A stretch of 64,000 bases of DNA from Mizuhopecten yessoensis (GCF_002113885.1 NW_018408783.1:1378819-1442818), one strand, 5' to 3'; counted from the first letter of the stretch, positions 39,757 to 49,365 are shown. Made by a program: numbers and translations. Notes: generated by a model from the sequence alone, not told the origin.

Positions 39757-40650
39757 TTGGTCTTGTACTTTCGTTTTACATGTATTTTCGTATTGGTGTT
39801 CACTGCGAACACTGGAATTGCTTCCAAACGAATCGTTCACTGCGAACGGTCAAACATTATCTTTCAGAGGTCGGAGAAGGATCTCGTAGACTACCTTAAA
39901 TCACACAACGTGACAATACCACCTCACGAGGCTGATTTGACCCCCCTGCTAGTATCCGACAGCAAAGGAAAGCGCCTTGCAGTGGTACACAGGGGCAGTA
40001 ATCCAAAACTTCCGATACAGTTCTCATGTAAAGGTGGTGCAAACTCATCAACCCTAGTATCCCTACTAAAAGAACAAATTCCCATCCTCAAGCAGAAATT
40101 TGGTAAACCTGTTTATGTTTATTTCTGGGCTGGTACATGCGACATAACCTCAAAGCAAGGCTGTTATATAAACATTTCTGGTACCTGTGTTAACACTATA
40201 CACAAAATTATCAACTGCTACAAAAGAGCGAGGGACTACACAATAAAACAGGGGTGCAAAATTCAATTTATTGGAGTACCTGTTTATTCGGTTAGCCTTT
40301 ACAATGATATCCAAGGTCACCATAATCCGAGCAAGTTTCTAGAAACAGATGCTGAAGTTGCCAGCCAGGTACACTTCTTGAACTCTCAAATTGAACTTCT
40401 CAACACAGAACTTGGTACCACAACACTTAAATTCAATGCTGATCTTCGTGATTGTCGAAAAAAGGGAAAAGAGCGATATTTCATAGAATTATTGGAGGAC
40501 GGTCTCCACCCTGGGGAACTCTTGGCGAGGAAGTGGTTTAGGCGACTTGAATTAAATATTGTGAAAACTTGTTTTGTGGACCAGGACATTTTGGAAGTCC
40601 ACGTCGACCAACAGGAACTGTTACAGTTAGCATTTGAACAAAATGTGTGA
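39757..40650 (+). CDS. SGNH/GDSL hydrolase (esterase-like) accessory ORF of the Gypsy element; probably translated from a spliced mRNA (39549-39593 + 39868-40650, 275 aa)
   Basis: Stop-free 297-codon frame with blocks in SGNH order: LLVSDS (block I, Ser at 39961-39963), CKGG (II), WAGTCD (III, GxND-like), EDGLHP (V, DxxH at 40498-40509). The frame has no ATG. Confidence 0.82.
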   Translation: MVLYFRFTCIFVLVFTANTGIASKRIVHCERSNIIFQRSEKDLVDYLKSHNVTIPPHEADLTPLLVSDSKGKRLAVVHRGSNPKLPIQFSCKGGANSSTLVSLLKEQIPILKQKFGKPVYVYFWAGTCDITSKQGCYINISGTCVNTIHKIINCYKRARDYTIKQGCKIQFIGVPVYSVSLYNDIQGHHNPSKFLETDAEVASQVHFLNSQIELLNTELGTTTLKFNADLRDCRKKGKERYFIELLEDGLHPGELLARKWFRRLELNIVKTCFVDQDILEVHVDQQELLQLAFEQNV

Positions 40651-43600
40651 TAAAGAACAAGAAGTCACACCAGGGGAAGGAGAGTCTTCAGTTGACACTG
40701 CGTCAGCTGCGGCATATGATATGCTTCAATTCGTAATGAAAAGTTTTGATGAGCAGCGTGATACACAAATGAAGATGTTTCGGCAAACTATGGTGGAGTT
40801 TGAAGACGAAAAGAAACGAAGCTTCGAGGCACAAAGTGAAATGATGAAGTCCTTCATGCAAGAGACACGTCATGATATTCAAAATGCCATAGGACATCAA
40901 GCACCGCTTGCACAGAGTACATTTTCATCTATGGGTCCACAACAGGAATTTGGAAGGTCGACAGACAGAGGATCGTTTGGTGGTTTTGACGAAGAACTCC
41001 GGGTGATCCAGGATAGAGAACGCTCATATTCAAGTCCAAACTTAAATGGACAGAACTCTGCACTATCCAGTACCCCCTCATTGGAAAGACAGGATATGGG
41101 ACGTATGCTGAACAGACATCAAGGAAAGGGTCCTCAAACAAAACTTCCAGTGTTTGAGGGAAAGGAGGATATAGAGGTTTTTATTGTTCCCTTTGAACGG
41201 TTAGCAGAGCGTTATAACTGGACAGACAATGAGAAAGTGGACAGACTCTACGAATGTCTAAAAGGAAGGGCCATGTGGTACATCTGCTCCTTACCAAGGG
41301 AGATGAGAAGAGATTACAGGAATCTAAAGGATAGTCTGATCAAGCGGTTCGGACGAAGAGACCCACCCACAACAGCGAGATCAAAATTACACGAAGTAAG
41401 GCAACGCAGCCTAAGTAATGACGAATTTGGGGAAGAGGTTTGGCGCCTAGTTACCCTTGCTTATCCTAATGTAGATCTCGACTTGCAAGATCAATTGGCT
41501 GCAGAGGCATTCCTCAAGGGGTACAAGAACCCCAAGGTATCTTATGATGTGTTGAACAAGAAACCAAAAACTATCAATGAGGCTATTGAAATGGTTACTT
41601 CACAAGAACATAACTTCAAAGCCACCATCGGTAGGGAGAAAGAGATACGAGACAAGGCTCGGCGCGTTTCATGGGCTGATGGGGCTGGTGTAAAAAATGT
41701 CTCCGATGACGAAGAAGCGTTGAATACACAGCGTGTTCAACTGCCAAACACTGCCTTAGAGTCGGACAACCTCAGTAAATTAGATGTTCGGATGAAACAG
41801 CTTGAGGATCTTGTTCGGAATAGCTCGCTAGAGTGTCGCGCAAGATTCGACCAGTTAGGGAACGAACGCCAAAGTGGGTTTAGCAAGGAAGGAAAGGAAT
41901 GTTACAGATGTGGTGGTAAGGGACACTTCCAAAGAGATTGCAGCTCTAGGAGATCAAGATCGCCCACACCACCGAACAGTCCCCGTTCTCGCTCACCACA
42001 GCATGATGTTAAGATCACCCGGACCAATAGGACAGAGAAAAGCATTATCGTCCCAGTAACGGTCAATGGAACAACAACTGAAGCGGTTATTGATACTGGG
42101 GCCGACGCCACAGTCATCTCTGAGAAATGGGCAAATGAAATAAATTTGCTGTATGCTAAGCCAAAGAAAGAAATTCGTCTAATGACAGCTGAGGATGGTG
42201 CAGAGATGACAGGATTAGGTGTAGTCACTGCGACTCTCCAAATTGGGGAAGAGGTGAGGGAATTACCAGTTGTGATAGCTCCTATCAGAGACAACATACT
42301 GGTGGGCATTGATCTACTCCAATCTGTACAGGCCATTATCCATACTGGAGAAAAGAACCTGGAAGTCAACGGAAAAGTAATCCCAGGACACTCTCAGTTG
42401 AACAGATCTGGGACTGCTATTGCCAGGAGTATAGTTAGAGTACATGCAGATGTTGTGGTGCCACCAGGAAGTGAGAAAATAATCATCGGAAGATTGGAGA
42501 CACCATCAGACACTTCTCAAGCAATACTGGAGGCATTCAATCATCAAAGCGGAATGCGAGTTGGGTCATGTCTTGTCTCTATGAATCAAACTATTCCTGT
42601 GAGAGTTCTCAACCTGAAGGATAGCGAGATTAAACTCACAAATGGCACATTTCTAGGAAAAGTTGAGGAAGCTGACCTAGCTTGGGACCCAAATATGAGC
42701 AGGGAGCCTTCCGTAAACACCAGTGTCGAGCCAGAACATTTACAAGAGGCCCCTGGGACAAACGGAGAGGTTCCGTTGCATGTACAGGATATTTTTGAAG
42801 AGTCCTCAAAAGGACTGTCATCAAATCAAAAAGAGGATCTCTGTATGCTGCTGAATGACTTTCCTGATATATTTGCTAAGGATGACTACGACCTAGGCAG
42901 ATTCAGCGGAGTCAGACATAAGATTGACACAGGTGAAAACAAACCTATACGTCAACCCGCAAGAAGGACACCATTGGGTTTTCAAGCTGAGGAGGACGCC
43001 CATCTACAAAAACTTCTTGACACTGGTGTTGTCATTCCATCTAGTTCTGAATGGGCATCACCGGTAGTACTTGTTCGCAAGAAAGATGGTGGTGTGCGTT
43101 GGTGCATAGACTATCGAAAGGTGAATGAGGTCAGTGTAAAAGATGCTTACCCACTTCCAAAAATTGAAGAGTGCCTTGATACGCTTAGTGGTGCGACTCT
43201 ATTTTCCACCGTAGACTTAATGAGTGGCTACCACCAAATTGAAGTTGATGAGATGGACAGATCAAAGACCGCCTTTGTCACCAAACAGGGGCTCTTTGAG
43301 TACACCAGAATGCCTTTTGGCTTATCCAACTCTCCCTCAACTTTCCAGCGTGCAATGGAGCTCGTACTTAGAGGGTTTCAGTGGGTCATACTTCTTATTT
43401 ATCTGGACGATGTGATAGTGGCATCCAGGTCTTTTGAAGAACATATGCAACATCTGCGTCAGGTTTTCTCCCGGATCCGTGAACACGGTCTGAAGCTGAA
43501 AGCCAAGAAGTGCCGTTTGTTTCGTGAGGAAGTCCTCTTCCTGGGACACATTATTAACGGTGATGGAATCTCCACCAATCCAAAGTTGGTAGATGACGTC

Positions 43601-46006
43601 CTGAATTGGCCTGTGCCAAGCAACTGTAGGGAGCTTCAGTCTTTTCTAGGACTTACCAACTACTACAGACGGTTCGTTCAAAATTATGCAGAGATCGCTC
43701 TGCCACTGCATGACCTCACACGGAAGGAGGTAAAATTTGTATGGGAAGACCGTCAGTGTGAGGCATTCGAGGCCCTGAAGAAGGCAATTACCACTGCTCC
43801 GATATTGTCATACCCGTTGGAGAATTGCAAATTTGTCATAGATACGGATGCTTCTAACAGGAGTATAGGCGCCGTTCTTTCGCAAGTCCAAGATGGGGAG
43901 GAGAAAGTTGTTGCATATGCAAGTAGAAGACTGACCCCTGCACAGGAGAAATATTGTGTGACACGACGCGAACTTCTTGCAGTTGTTGCTTTCTGCCAGC
44001 ATTTCAAACATTATCTTCTTGGCCGGAGGTTCTTATTACGCACAGACCATAGCAGTTTGTCATGGCTTTTCCGATTCAAGTCACCACAGGGACAGCTGGC
44101 GAGATGGCTAGAGGAGGTCAGTCAATACTCTTTTGACATCGAACACCGTGCTGGGAAGCTGCATGTGAACGCTGATGCCATGTCACGGATTCCGGATCAC
44201 GATTCGTGCCCTTGCTACTTCGCGGGTGCCACCGTTGAAACTCTACCCTGTGGAGGATGTATGTACTGTGCAAAACTACAGACTGCGTGGGAAAGATTCG
44301 AGGAGGATGTTGACGATATTGTGCCTATAGCTGTTCGTTCGGCGGAGGTAACTGCTGTCGAAAAACACTCTGAGACCGGAGAGGACTCTAATACGAAGGA
44401 CGATATTCCTCAATGTAACTGGCTACAGACCAAAAGTCCGATGGAACTTCACGAAGAACAGATGCAAGATGAGGATCTAAAACAACTGTATTCATGTGTG
44501 GCCAACAGCGAGACAGTTCCTCTGGGTGAGGCGCAAGCAAGAAGTCCTGCTCTGCGGAAGTATCTACTAACCCTTCAGCAGTTCAAACTGATACACGATG
44601 TTCTCTACTACCAGTGGGAGGCAAATGGACAGGAGTCACTGCGACTCCTGGTTCCATTCCAGATGAGAAAAGAGATCATGCAGGCATGTCATGAAGCTGT
44701 TTACTCCGGTCATCAAGGGGAGAAGAGAACTCTGGAACGAGTGAAGAAGGACTTTCACTGGCACAACATGTCGATGGATGTGAGCATATTTGTTCGGAAA
44801 TGTCATGTATGTGCCGCTGAAAAGAAGAGTAGTAGAACTATGAGAGCACCTCTTCAGACCTACATCTGCGGAGCGCCAATGGACAGGATACAATTGGATG
44901 TCGTGGGGCCTTTTCCTATTAGTGATGCTGGGAACAAATACATACTTGTCATCATCGACCAGTTCACGAAGTGGGTCGAGGCTTACCCAATCACACAACA
45001 GGACAGTAACACGACAGCAAAAAAACTGGTCCTGGAGTTCATCTCTAGATTTGGCGTACCCCTGGAGATCCACACGGATCAAGGACGAAACTTCCAAAGC
45101 GCCCTGTTCAAGGAAGTATGCCGGTTACTCGGAATCGCACAAACCAGGACTACGCCCTATCACCCTTCATCTAATGGTCAGGTTGAGCGGTTTAACCGCA
45201 CGCTGTTGCAGATGATCAGGTGTTATCTAGATCATGGCCAGGCGCATTGGGATGAGAACATTCCCCTTCTTCTGTCTGCTTATCGAAGTACGCCACACCC
45301 TGCGACAGGATTTACACCAAACCTGTTGATGCTGGGTAGGGAGGTCCATTCTCCTCCCGAGCTGATCTACATGGATCCGGATATTTCGCGTTCCTCTGAT
45401 GACGCACCCACCTACCTCGACCGGATGTTAGAGGGTATGCACATTACAGAGGAATTAGCTAGGAAAACATTGAGGGCTTCAAAGGTACATCAGAAAAAAG
45501 TATATGATCTACGGGCTAGGGGAAGAGAGTACCACGTCGGGGATCTTGTATACGTGAAGAACCAATCACGATCTGTTGGACAATCTCCGAAACTCCAATC
45601 TGTTTGGAATGGTCCTTTTGTGATCACCAAGAAATTTGGTCCGGTCGTGTATGAGGTCCGTGGCCGCAAGAAGGCTTCAGTTCTTCACCATGACCGGCTA
45701 AAACAATATTTGTCTGAGGTCATCCCGGCCTGGGTTACCAAGATAAAGCATGATCTTGGTACCTCCTCTCTCCCAACGATTGCTGAGGAAGACCATCTTC
45801 CAACCATGGATAAGAAGTTCGGGACAGAGGAAAACCACCACGAGTCGCAGAACAGCCAACAATCGCTGAAAGCCAGTTTACCAGAGGAAGAGCCAAAGAC
45901 ACCTGTGCCAACTGGGATGTGTTCACAGCGAACCATCTCAGATGAACCATCCCGGTCCTCGCGTTACGGCCGGGCATATAAGCAGCCTACCAAGCTTGAC
46001 CTTTAG
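40643..46006 (+). CDS. Gag-Pol polyprotein (1787 aa, single uninterrupted frame)
   Basis: Capsid-like LPVFEG..F...FE...W; CCHC knuckle CYRCGGKGHFQRDC; protease AVIDTGA; RT (SPVVLV.KK, MPFGL, YLDD); RNase H (DTDAS...ELLA...TDH); integrase HHCC + D,D,E (LDVVGP, TDQGRNF, GQVERFN); GPF motif. No chromodomain or env. Confidence 0.97.
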   Translation: MCDKEQEVTPGEGESSVDTASAAAYDMLQFVMKSFDEQRDTQMKMFRQTMVEFEDEKKRSFEAQSEMMKSFMQETRHDIQNAIGHQAPLAQSTFSSMGPQQEFGRSTDRGSFGGFDEELRVIQDRERSYSSPNLNGQNSALSSTPSLERQDMGRMLNRHQGKGPQTKLPVFEGKEDIEVFIVPFERLAERYNWTDNEKVDRLYECLKGRAMWYICSLPREMRRDYRNLKDSLIKRFGRRDPPTTARSKLHEVRQRSLSNDEFGEEVWRLVTLAYPNVDLDLQDQLAAEAFLKGYKNPKVSYDVLNKKPKTINEAIEMVTSQEHNFKATIGREKEIRDKARRVSWADGAGVKNVSDDEEALNTQRVQLPNTALESDNLSKLDVRMKQLEDLVRNSSLECRARFDQLGNERQSGFSKEGKECYRCGGKGHFQRDCSSRRSRSPTPPNSPRSRSPQHDVKITRTNRTEKSIIVPVTVNGTTTEAVIDTGADATVISEKWANEINLLYAKPKKEIRLMTAEDGAEMTGLGVVTATLQIGEEVRELPVVIAPIRDNILVGIDLLQSVQAIIHTGEKNLEVNGKVIPGHSQLNRSGTAIARSIVRVHADVVVPPGSEKIIIGRLETPSDTSQAILEAFNHQSGMRVGSCLVSMNQTIPVRVLNLKDSEIKLTNGTFLGKVEEADLAWDPNMSREPSVNTSVEPEHLQEAPGTNGEVPLHVQDIFEESSKGLSSNQKEDLCMLLNDFPDIFAKDDYDLGRFSGVRHKIDTGENKPIRQPARRTPLGFQAEEDAHLQKLLDTGVVIPSSSEWASPVVLVRKKDGGVRWCIDYRKVNEVSVKDAYPLPKIEECLDTLSGATLFSTVDLMSGYHQIEVDEMDRSKTAFVTKQGLFEYTRMPFGLSNSPSTFQRAMELVLRGFQWVILLIYLDDVIVASRSFEEHMQHLRQVFSRIREHGLKLKAKKCRLFREEVLFLGHIINGDGISTNPKLVDDVLNWPVPSNCRELQSFLGLTNYYRRFVQNYAEIALPLHDLTRKEVKFVWEDRQCEAFEALKKAITTAPILSYPLENCKFVIDTDASNRSIGAVLSQVQDGEEKVVAYASRRLTPAQEKYCVTRRELLAVVAFCQHFKHYLLGRRFLLRTDHSSLSWLFRFKSPQGQLARWLEEVSQYSFDIEHRAGKLHVNADAMSRIPDHDSCPCYFAGATVETLPCGGCMYCAKLQTAWERFEEDVDDIVPIAVRSAEVTAVEKHSETGEDSNTKDDIPQCNWLQTKSPMELHEEQMQDEDLKQLYSCVANSETVPLGEAQARSPALRKYLLTLQQFKLIHDVLYYQWEANGQESLRLLVPFQMRKEIMQACHEAVYSGHQGEKRTLERVKKDFHWHNMSMDVSIFVRKCHVCAAEKKSSRTMRAPLQTYICGAPMDRIQLDVVGPFPISDAGNKYILVIIDQFTKWVEAYPITQQDSNTTAKKLVLEFISRFGVPLEIHTDQGRNFQSALFKEVCRLLGIAQTRTTPYHPSSNGQVERFNRTLLQMIRCYLDHGQAHWDENIPLLLSAYRSTPHPATGFTPNLLMLGREVHSPPELIYMDPDISRSSDDAPTYLDRMLEGMHITEELARKTLRASKVHQKKVYDLRARGREYHVGDLVYVKNQSRSVGQSPKLQSVWNGPFVITKKFGPVVYEVRGRKKASVLHHDRLKQYLSEVIPAWVTKIKHDLGTSSLPTIAEEDHLPTMDKKFGTEENHHESQNSQQSLKASLPEEEPKTPVPTGMCSQRTISDEPSRSSRYGRAYKQPTKLDL

Positions 46007-46024
46007 CAGGAGCTAAAGGAGCCT

Positions 46025-46036
46025 GGAAGGGGGTGG
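46025..46036 (+). promoter_or_regulatory. Polypurine tract
   Basis: GGAAGGGGGTGG immediately 5' of the 3' LTR. Confidence 0.88.
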
Positions 46037-46212
46037 TGTAATGCGGATTTACCTCCTCCGGAAATCGGGGTCCGGTCCCCGGATTTGATGTTAGACGCGG
46101 AAGCAGGTTATCCGGTGTTCGTTGAGTTTTACCGCCATTAAAAGGTTGCACTGAAAACTCGGACGATCTTTGTGTTGTTATTGAAGAACACAGCCAGCCA
46201 TCCGGCATAACA
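46037..46212 (+). repeat. 3' LTR (176 bp)
   Basis: Identical to the 5' LTR except for two substitutions (TCCTGTG/TCCGGTG and GCTATCC/GCCATCC). Confidence 0.97.
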
Positions 46213-46795
46213 ATATGAGAAACCTGTAGAAAAACAAACATTTATATAATAGTCAGTAACGATATACAAATGAGAGCTATCCTCTGTTTAGTAGAATCAT
46301 TCAATTCTATTAAAGGTACGGTGTCGTTAACTATCGCTCTTTTCTCTTATCAGCAGGGTAAAACTGGCATTCCTTTTTTTTTGTTACACAGCACAAGTTA
46401 TTACCTTCGTGTATACCACACTCAGGGTGCCAATGATATAAAACACAAAGGACTTAAATTGTATTTTCTTACGTGCCGTAAAGAATTGGATGATATATCT
46501 TATTTCTCGCATACCCCAATGGGTCCCTTTACATTGACGAACTTCCTTGTCAACCTTTGACACGCTTCCTCTGTTTCACGATTACTTGTTTTAGTTAACA
46601 CTACTCATAACAAAATTGTCATTAGAGATCTTAATAATAATAATAAAAATACGTATATTGTGTAAACATTACCTCTGGTTGCTGCAGTTGTGTTAACGTA
46701 TGCTCTCATGACATCCTGTGAAACCGCTTATGCATCATATTAACGTAAACATAAGAAGCAGTCGGGAACAAGGCTTTGCACCATGACATGAATAT

Positions 46796-48198
46796 GTGTC
46801 TTATTTGTGAAACGTTCTTTTTACACAACCAATAAAATTTGCGACTTTTCGATGACTAGAACGTTATGTACGATGTCACCTTCATCAGACAAATGACCAG
46901 TGAAGCTTCGACAGTGTTATGGGAACATCTTGATCAAGATGCAATAGCCACGTCCCCCATAGAATACAAACCTAGCTTATGGAAACGATATGTTGACGAC
47001 ATACTTGAGATAATCAAAAAGGGGTCACAGAAGGATTTGACCACACATATCAACACCATAGATGCCACTAACAACATCAAAGTTATATGTGAGGAAGAAA
47101 CCAACGGCACAATGCCCTTCATAGATATTCTACTGGTAAAGAAAAAAGACAAAATCGTGATGGTATTGGTCTATGGAAAAAAGACCCATACCGACCAATA
47201 CATGAACCTCAAATCTCACCGTACCTTGCACCAGAGGTAAGGCGTCGTACGCACATTGCTCAAAAGATGTGATAAAATAGTCACAGAACAACAGGACAAA
47301 ACACAAGAGCAGAATCACATTGCTAGGGCAATGAGACGAATGTGCATATCCGGAATAGGCCCTAAAACGGGTTCAAAAACAGTGTTAAAGTAAGAAGAAG
47401 AAGAAGAAAAATGCCAATCACGGATAAGAAGAAACCTAAAGGTCAAGTGGTCATCCCGTATATAAAAGGTATATCCGAAACCATTCAGAGGATATATCGC
47501 GGTCATGGCATAGCAACAGACATGACGCCCCACAAGATGCTTCGCAATATCCTAGTTCGGCCTAAGGATAAAACACCTAAAGAAAACGTCGCAGAATGCG
47601 TATACAAAATCGGATGCAAAAACTGCGACGCGTCTAATATTGGAGAGACTGGAAGGCGATTTGGGGTCCGCCATGGTGAACACCGAAACGATACAGAAAC
47701 CCAAGAAGGTAGGAAAGTCATCAGATCAGAAAGGAAGCAGTCGGATTCCCAGATAAATCACAGACCATGCCACACAGAAATATCATGGGATTGACTGGTA
47801 TAGCTCCAAAGTTTTGGACAGAGAGAGCAATCTGTTTAAACGGCAGATAAAGGAAGCCATCGGGATACGCCACAGTGGGCCAGTTCTGATTCGAGACGAG
47901 AGGGCTCAAAGACTCTAGATTTATGACCAAGTATTCAACAAAGCGTACGCTGAATCGAGTCATTTTGGTACATATGTAACAACTATTGCACATTCGCTTA
48001 CAGCGTAGCCGAAATCGACATCGATTTTGTGGACAACTCGTTCACATTTTAAACCTTTGTGTGCATACGCTTCACTGGTCATTTGGCTGATGAAGGTAAC
48101 AGTGCTAGTCATCAAAACATCACATATAAAATTGTATCAGTTGTGTAAAAAGAACTTTTCATAATCCATACTTACCAGCCTGAAGAAAGTGTTTAGAA
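46796..48198 (+). mobile_element. 5'-truncated, degenerate Penelope-like retroelement (RT C-terminus + GIY-YIG endonuclease)
   Basis: WKRYVDDI, MPFIDI, VY.KKTHTDQY (RT/thumb); VVIPYIKG; CVYKIGCKNCDASNIGETGRRFGVRHGEH (GIY-YIG). Candidate TSD ATGAATAT at 46788-46795 and 48199-48206. Absent from copy B (~23820). Confidence 0.88.
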
Positions 48199-48908
48199 AT
48201 GAATATTAGTCATTGGAGTGTTATATCTTTTAATAGCAATATGCATTTCATATTTATTTATTAACTTTAACTTTAGCAGCGGTTTTTCGGCAGGTTGCGG
48301 AGCGGTAAATTTAACTACAGGTACTACATGTAGTCGAGACATTTGAATTATTGCTCAAAGTTGTCAGTTACATATGTTAATTCTCTCACGAAAATACCGG
48401 TGGAATAGGGAAGGTGTCATTAGCCAAATTATAATGTCCAACCAACCTAAAATGGAGTATATTCTTCGTTTTTAGATTGATAATAGATATACGTTACATG
48501 CACCAGCGAGGGTAATATTTTGATATTTCTTACGAAAGCACACTGCTAGTTATGCATTCCCTCTCCTAAACGGATTGAGGCAGTGTATGTTCCTTTACGA
48601 TGTCACGGTCAGAAAATGGACAAAAAACAGTTCTTATGCGATATTTGCTTCCGTTAGATGATTTCAATTTGTGGTTGTATTTTTAGAGTTGCATATTTTC
48701 TCGCAGGCGCTAACATTTAATGGCGTTATGTTTACATTCTTAGCCTTAACGGAACTCAATATTTTGCAATCAAAGCATTTGCTTAAACAAAAAAGTAGTT
48801 CCTAAACGGAGGTCACCAGATGCATATACAGTACGCATGTGAGATTAATATGAACTTACTCTCTTACTCTGTTGAACCTATCCAAAGTGGAATGTTGGAG
48901 AGCCTTTA

Positions 48909-49365
48909 GGGACCGCGGAACCAAATGATTTTCCATAGACGATAGTGTTAACGCTTACCACTGTCCTGGTTAAATGGGGTTATCCACACTGGTTTACCTG
49001 ACCTCATTTTGAAGAATAGCATCTCACACAACTGTAAAAAAAATATTTCAAAATTCTGCCAATTTGAACTTTTTTTATATGGGGGCTGCCATCTTGTATT
49101 GAATTCGGCACTAAAAATCGAACAAAATTTACAGCAAATTACACACTTAATAAACTCACCCAGACAAAACCAGACTTGAATTTTTTTTTTAATTTTTTTA
49201 TACATATTAAATCTATATATATTGCTCAACCCACACATAAAACTTTTGAAACTTCTGCCACCTTAATATCCAACCAGCAGGCCCCGAGGCATTCACCTTT
49301 CTATTAAATCTTCTGCCCAAAAGGGAAAAACCCACAATCTATTTTTGATTTGGTTCCGTGGTCCC
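48909..49365. repeat. Left long terminal direct repeat (457 bp) with its own 16-bp TIRs
   Basis: Near-identical to 52555-53010; differs by a handful of substitutions and a poly-T length change. Confidence 0.95.

Larger units (their letters stand above)
39304..46212 (+). mobile_element. Full-length Ty3/Gypsy LTR retrotransposon (6909 bp) with an extra SGNH-hydrolase ORF
   Basis: 176-bp LTRs 39304-39479 and 46037-46212 (TG...CA, 2 mismatches). ATAT TSD at 39300-39303 and 46213-46216. PBS and PPT present. PR-RT-RH-IN order. Empty site with a single ATAT at 23209-23212. Confidence 0.98.

Noticed and set aside
39757-39830. Signal peptide / env-like role for the hydrophobic N-terminus of the SGNH ORF
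   Set aside because: It depends on a TTG start and lies within the T-rich predicted intron. There is no TM anchor, furin site or fusion peptide. Not excluded, but unsupported.
39304-46212. Identification as Steamer itself
   Set aside because: Shares a short LTR and Leu PBS, but has a 4-bp TSD, greater length, an extra ORF and extra pol modules; needs an RT phylogeny.
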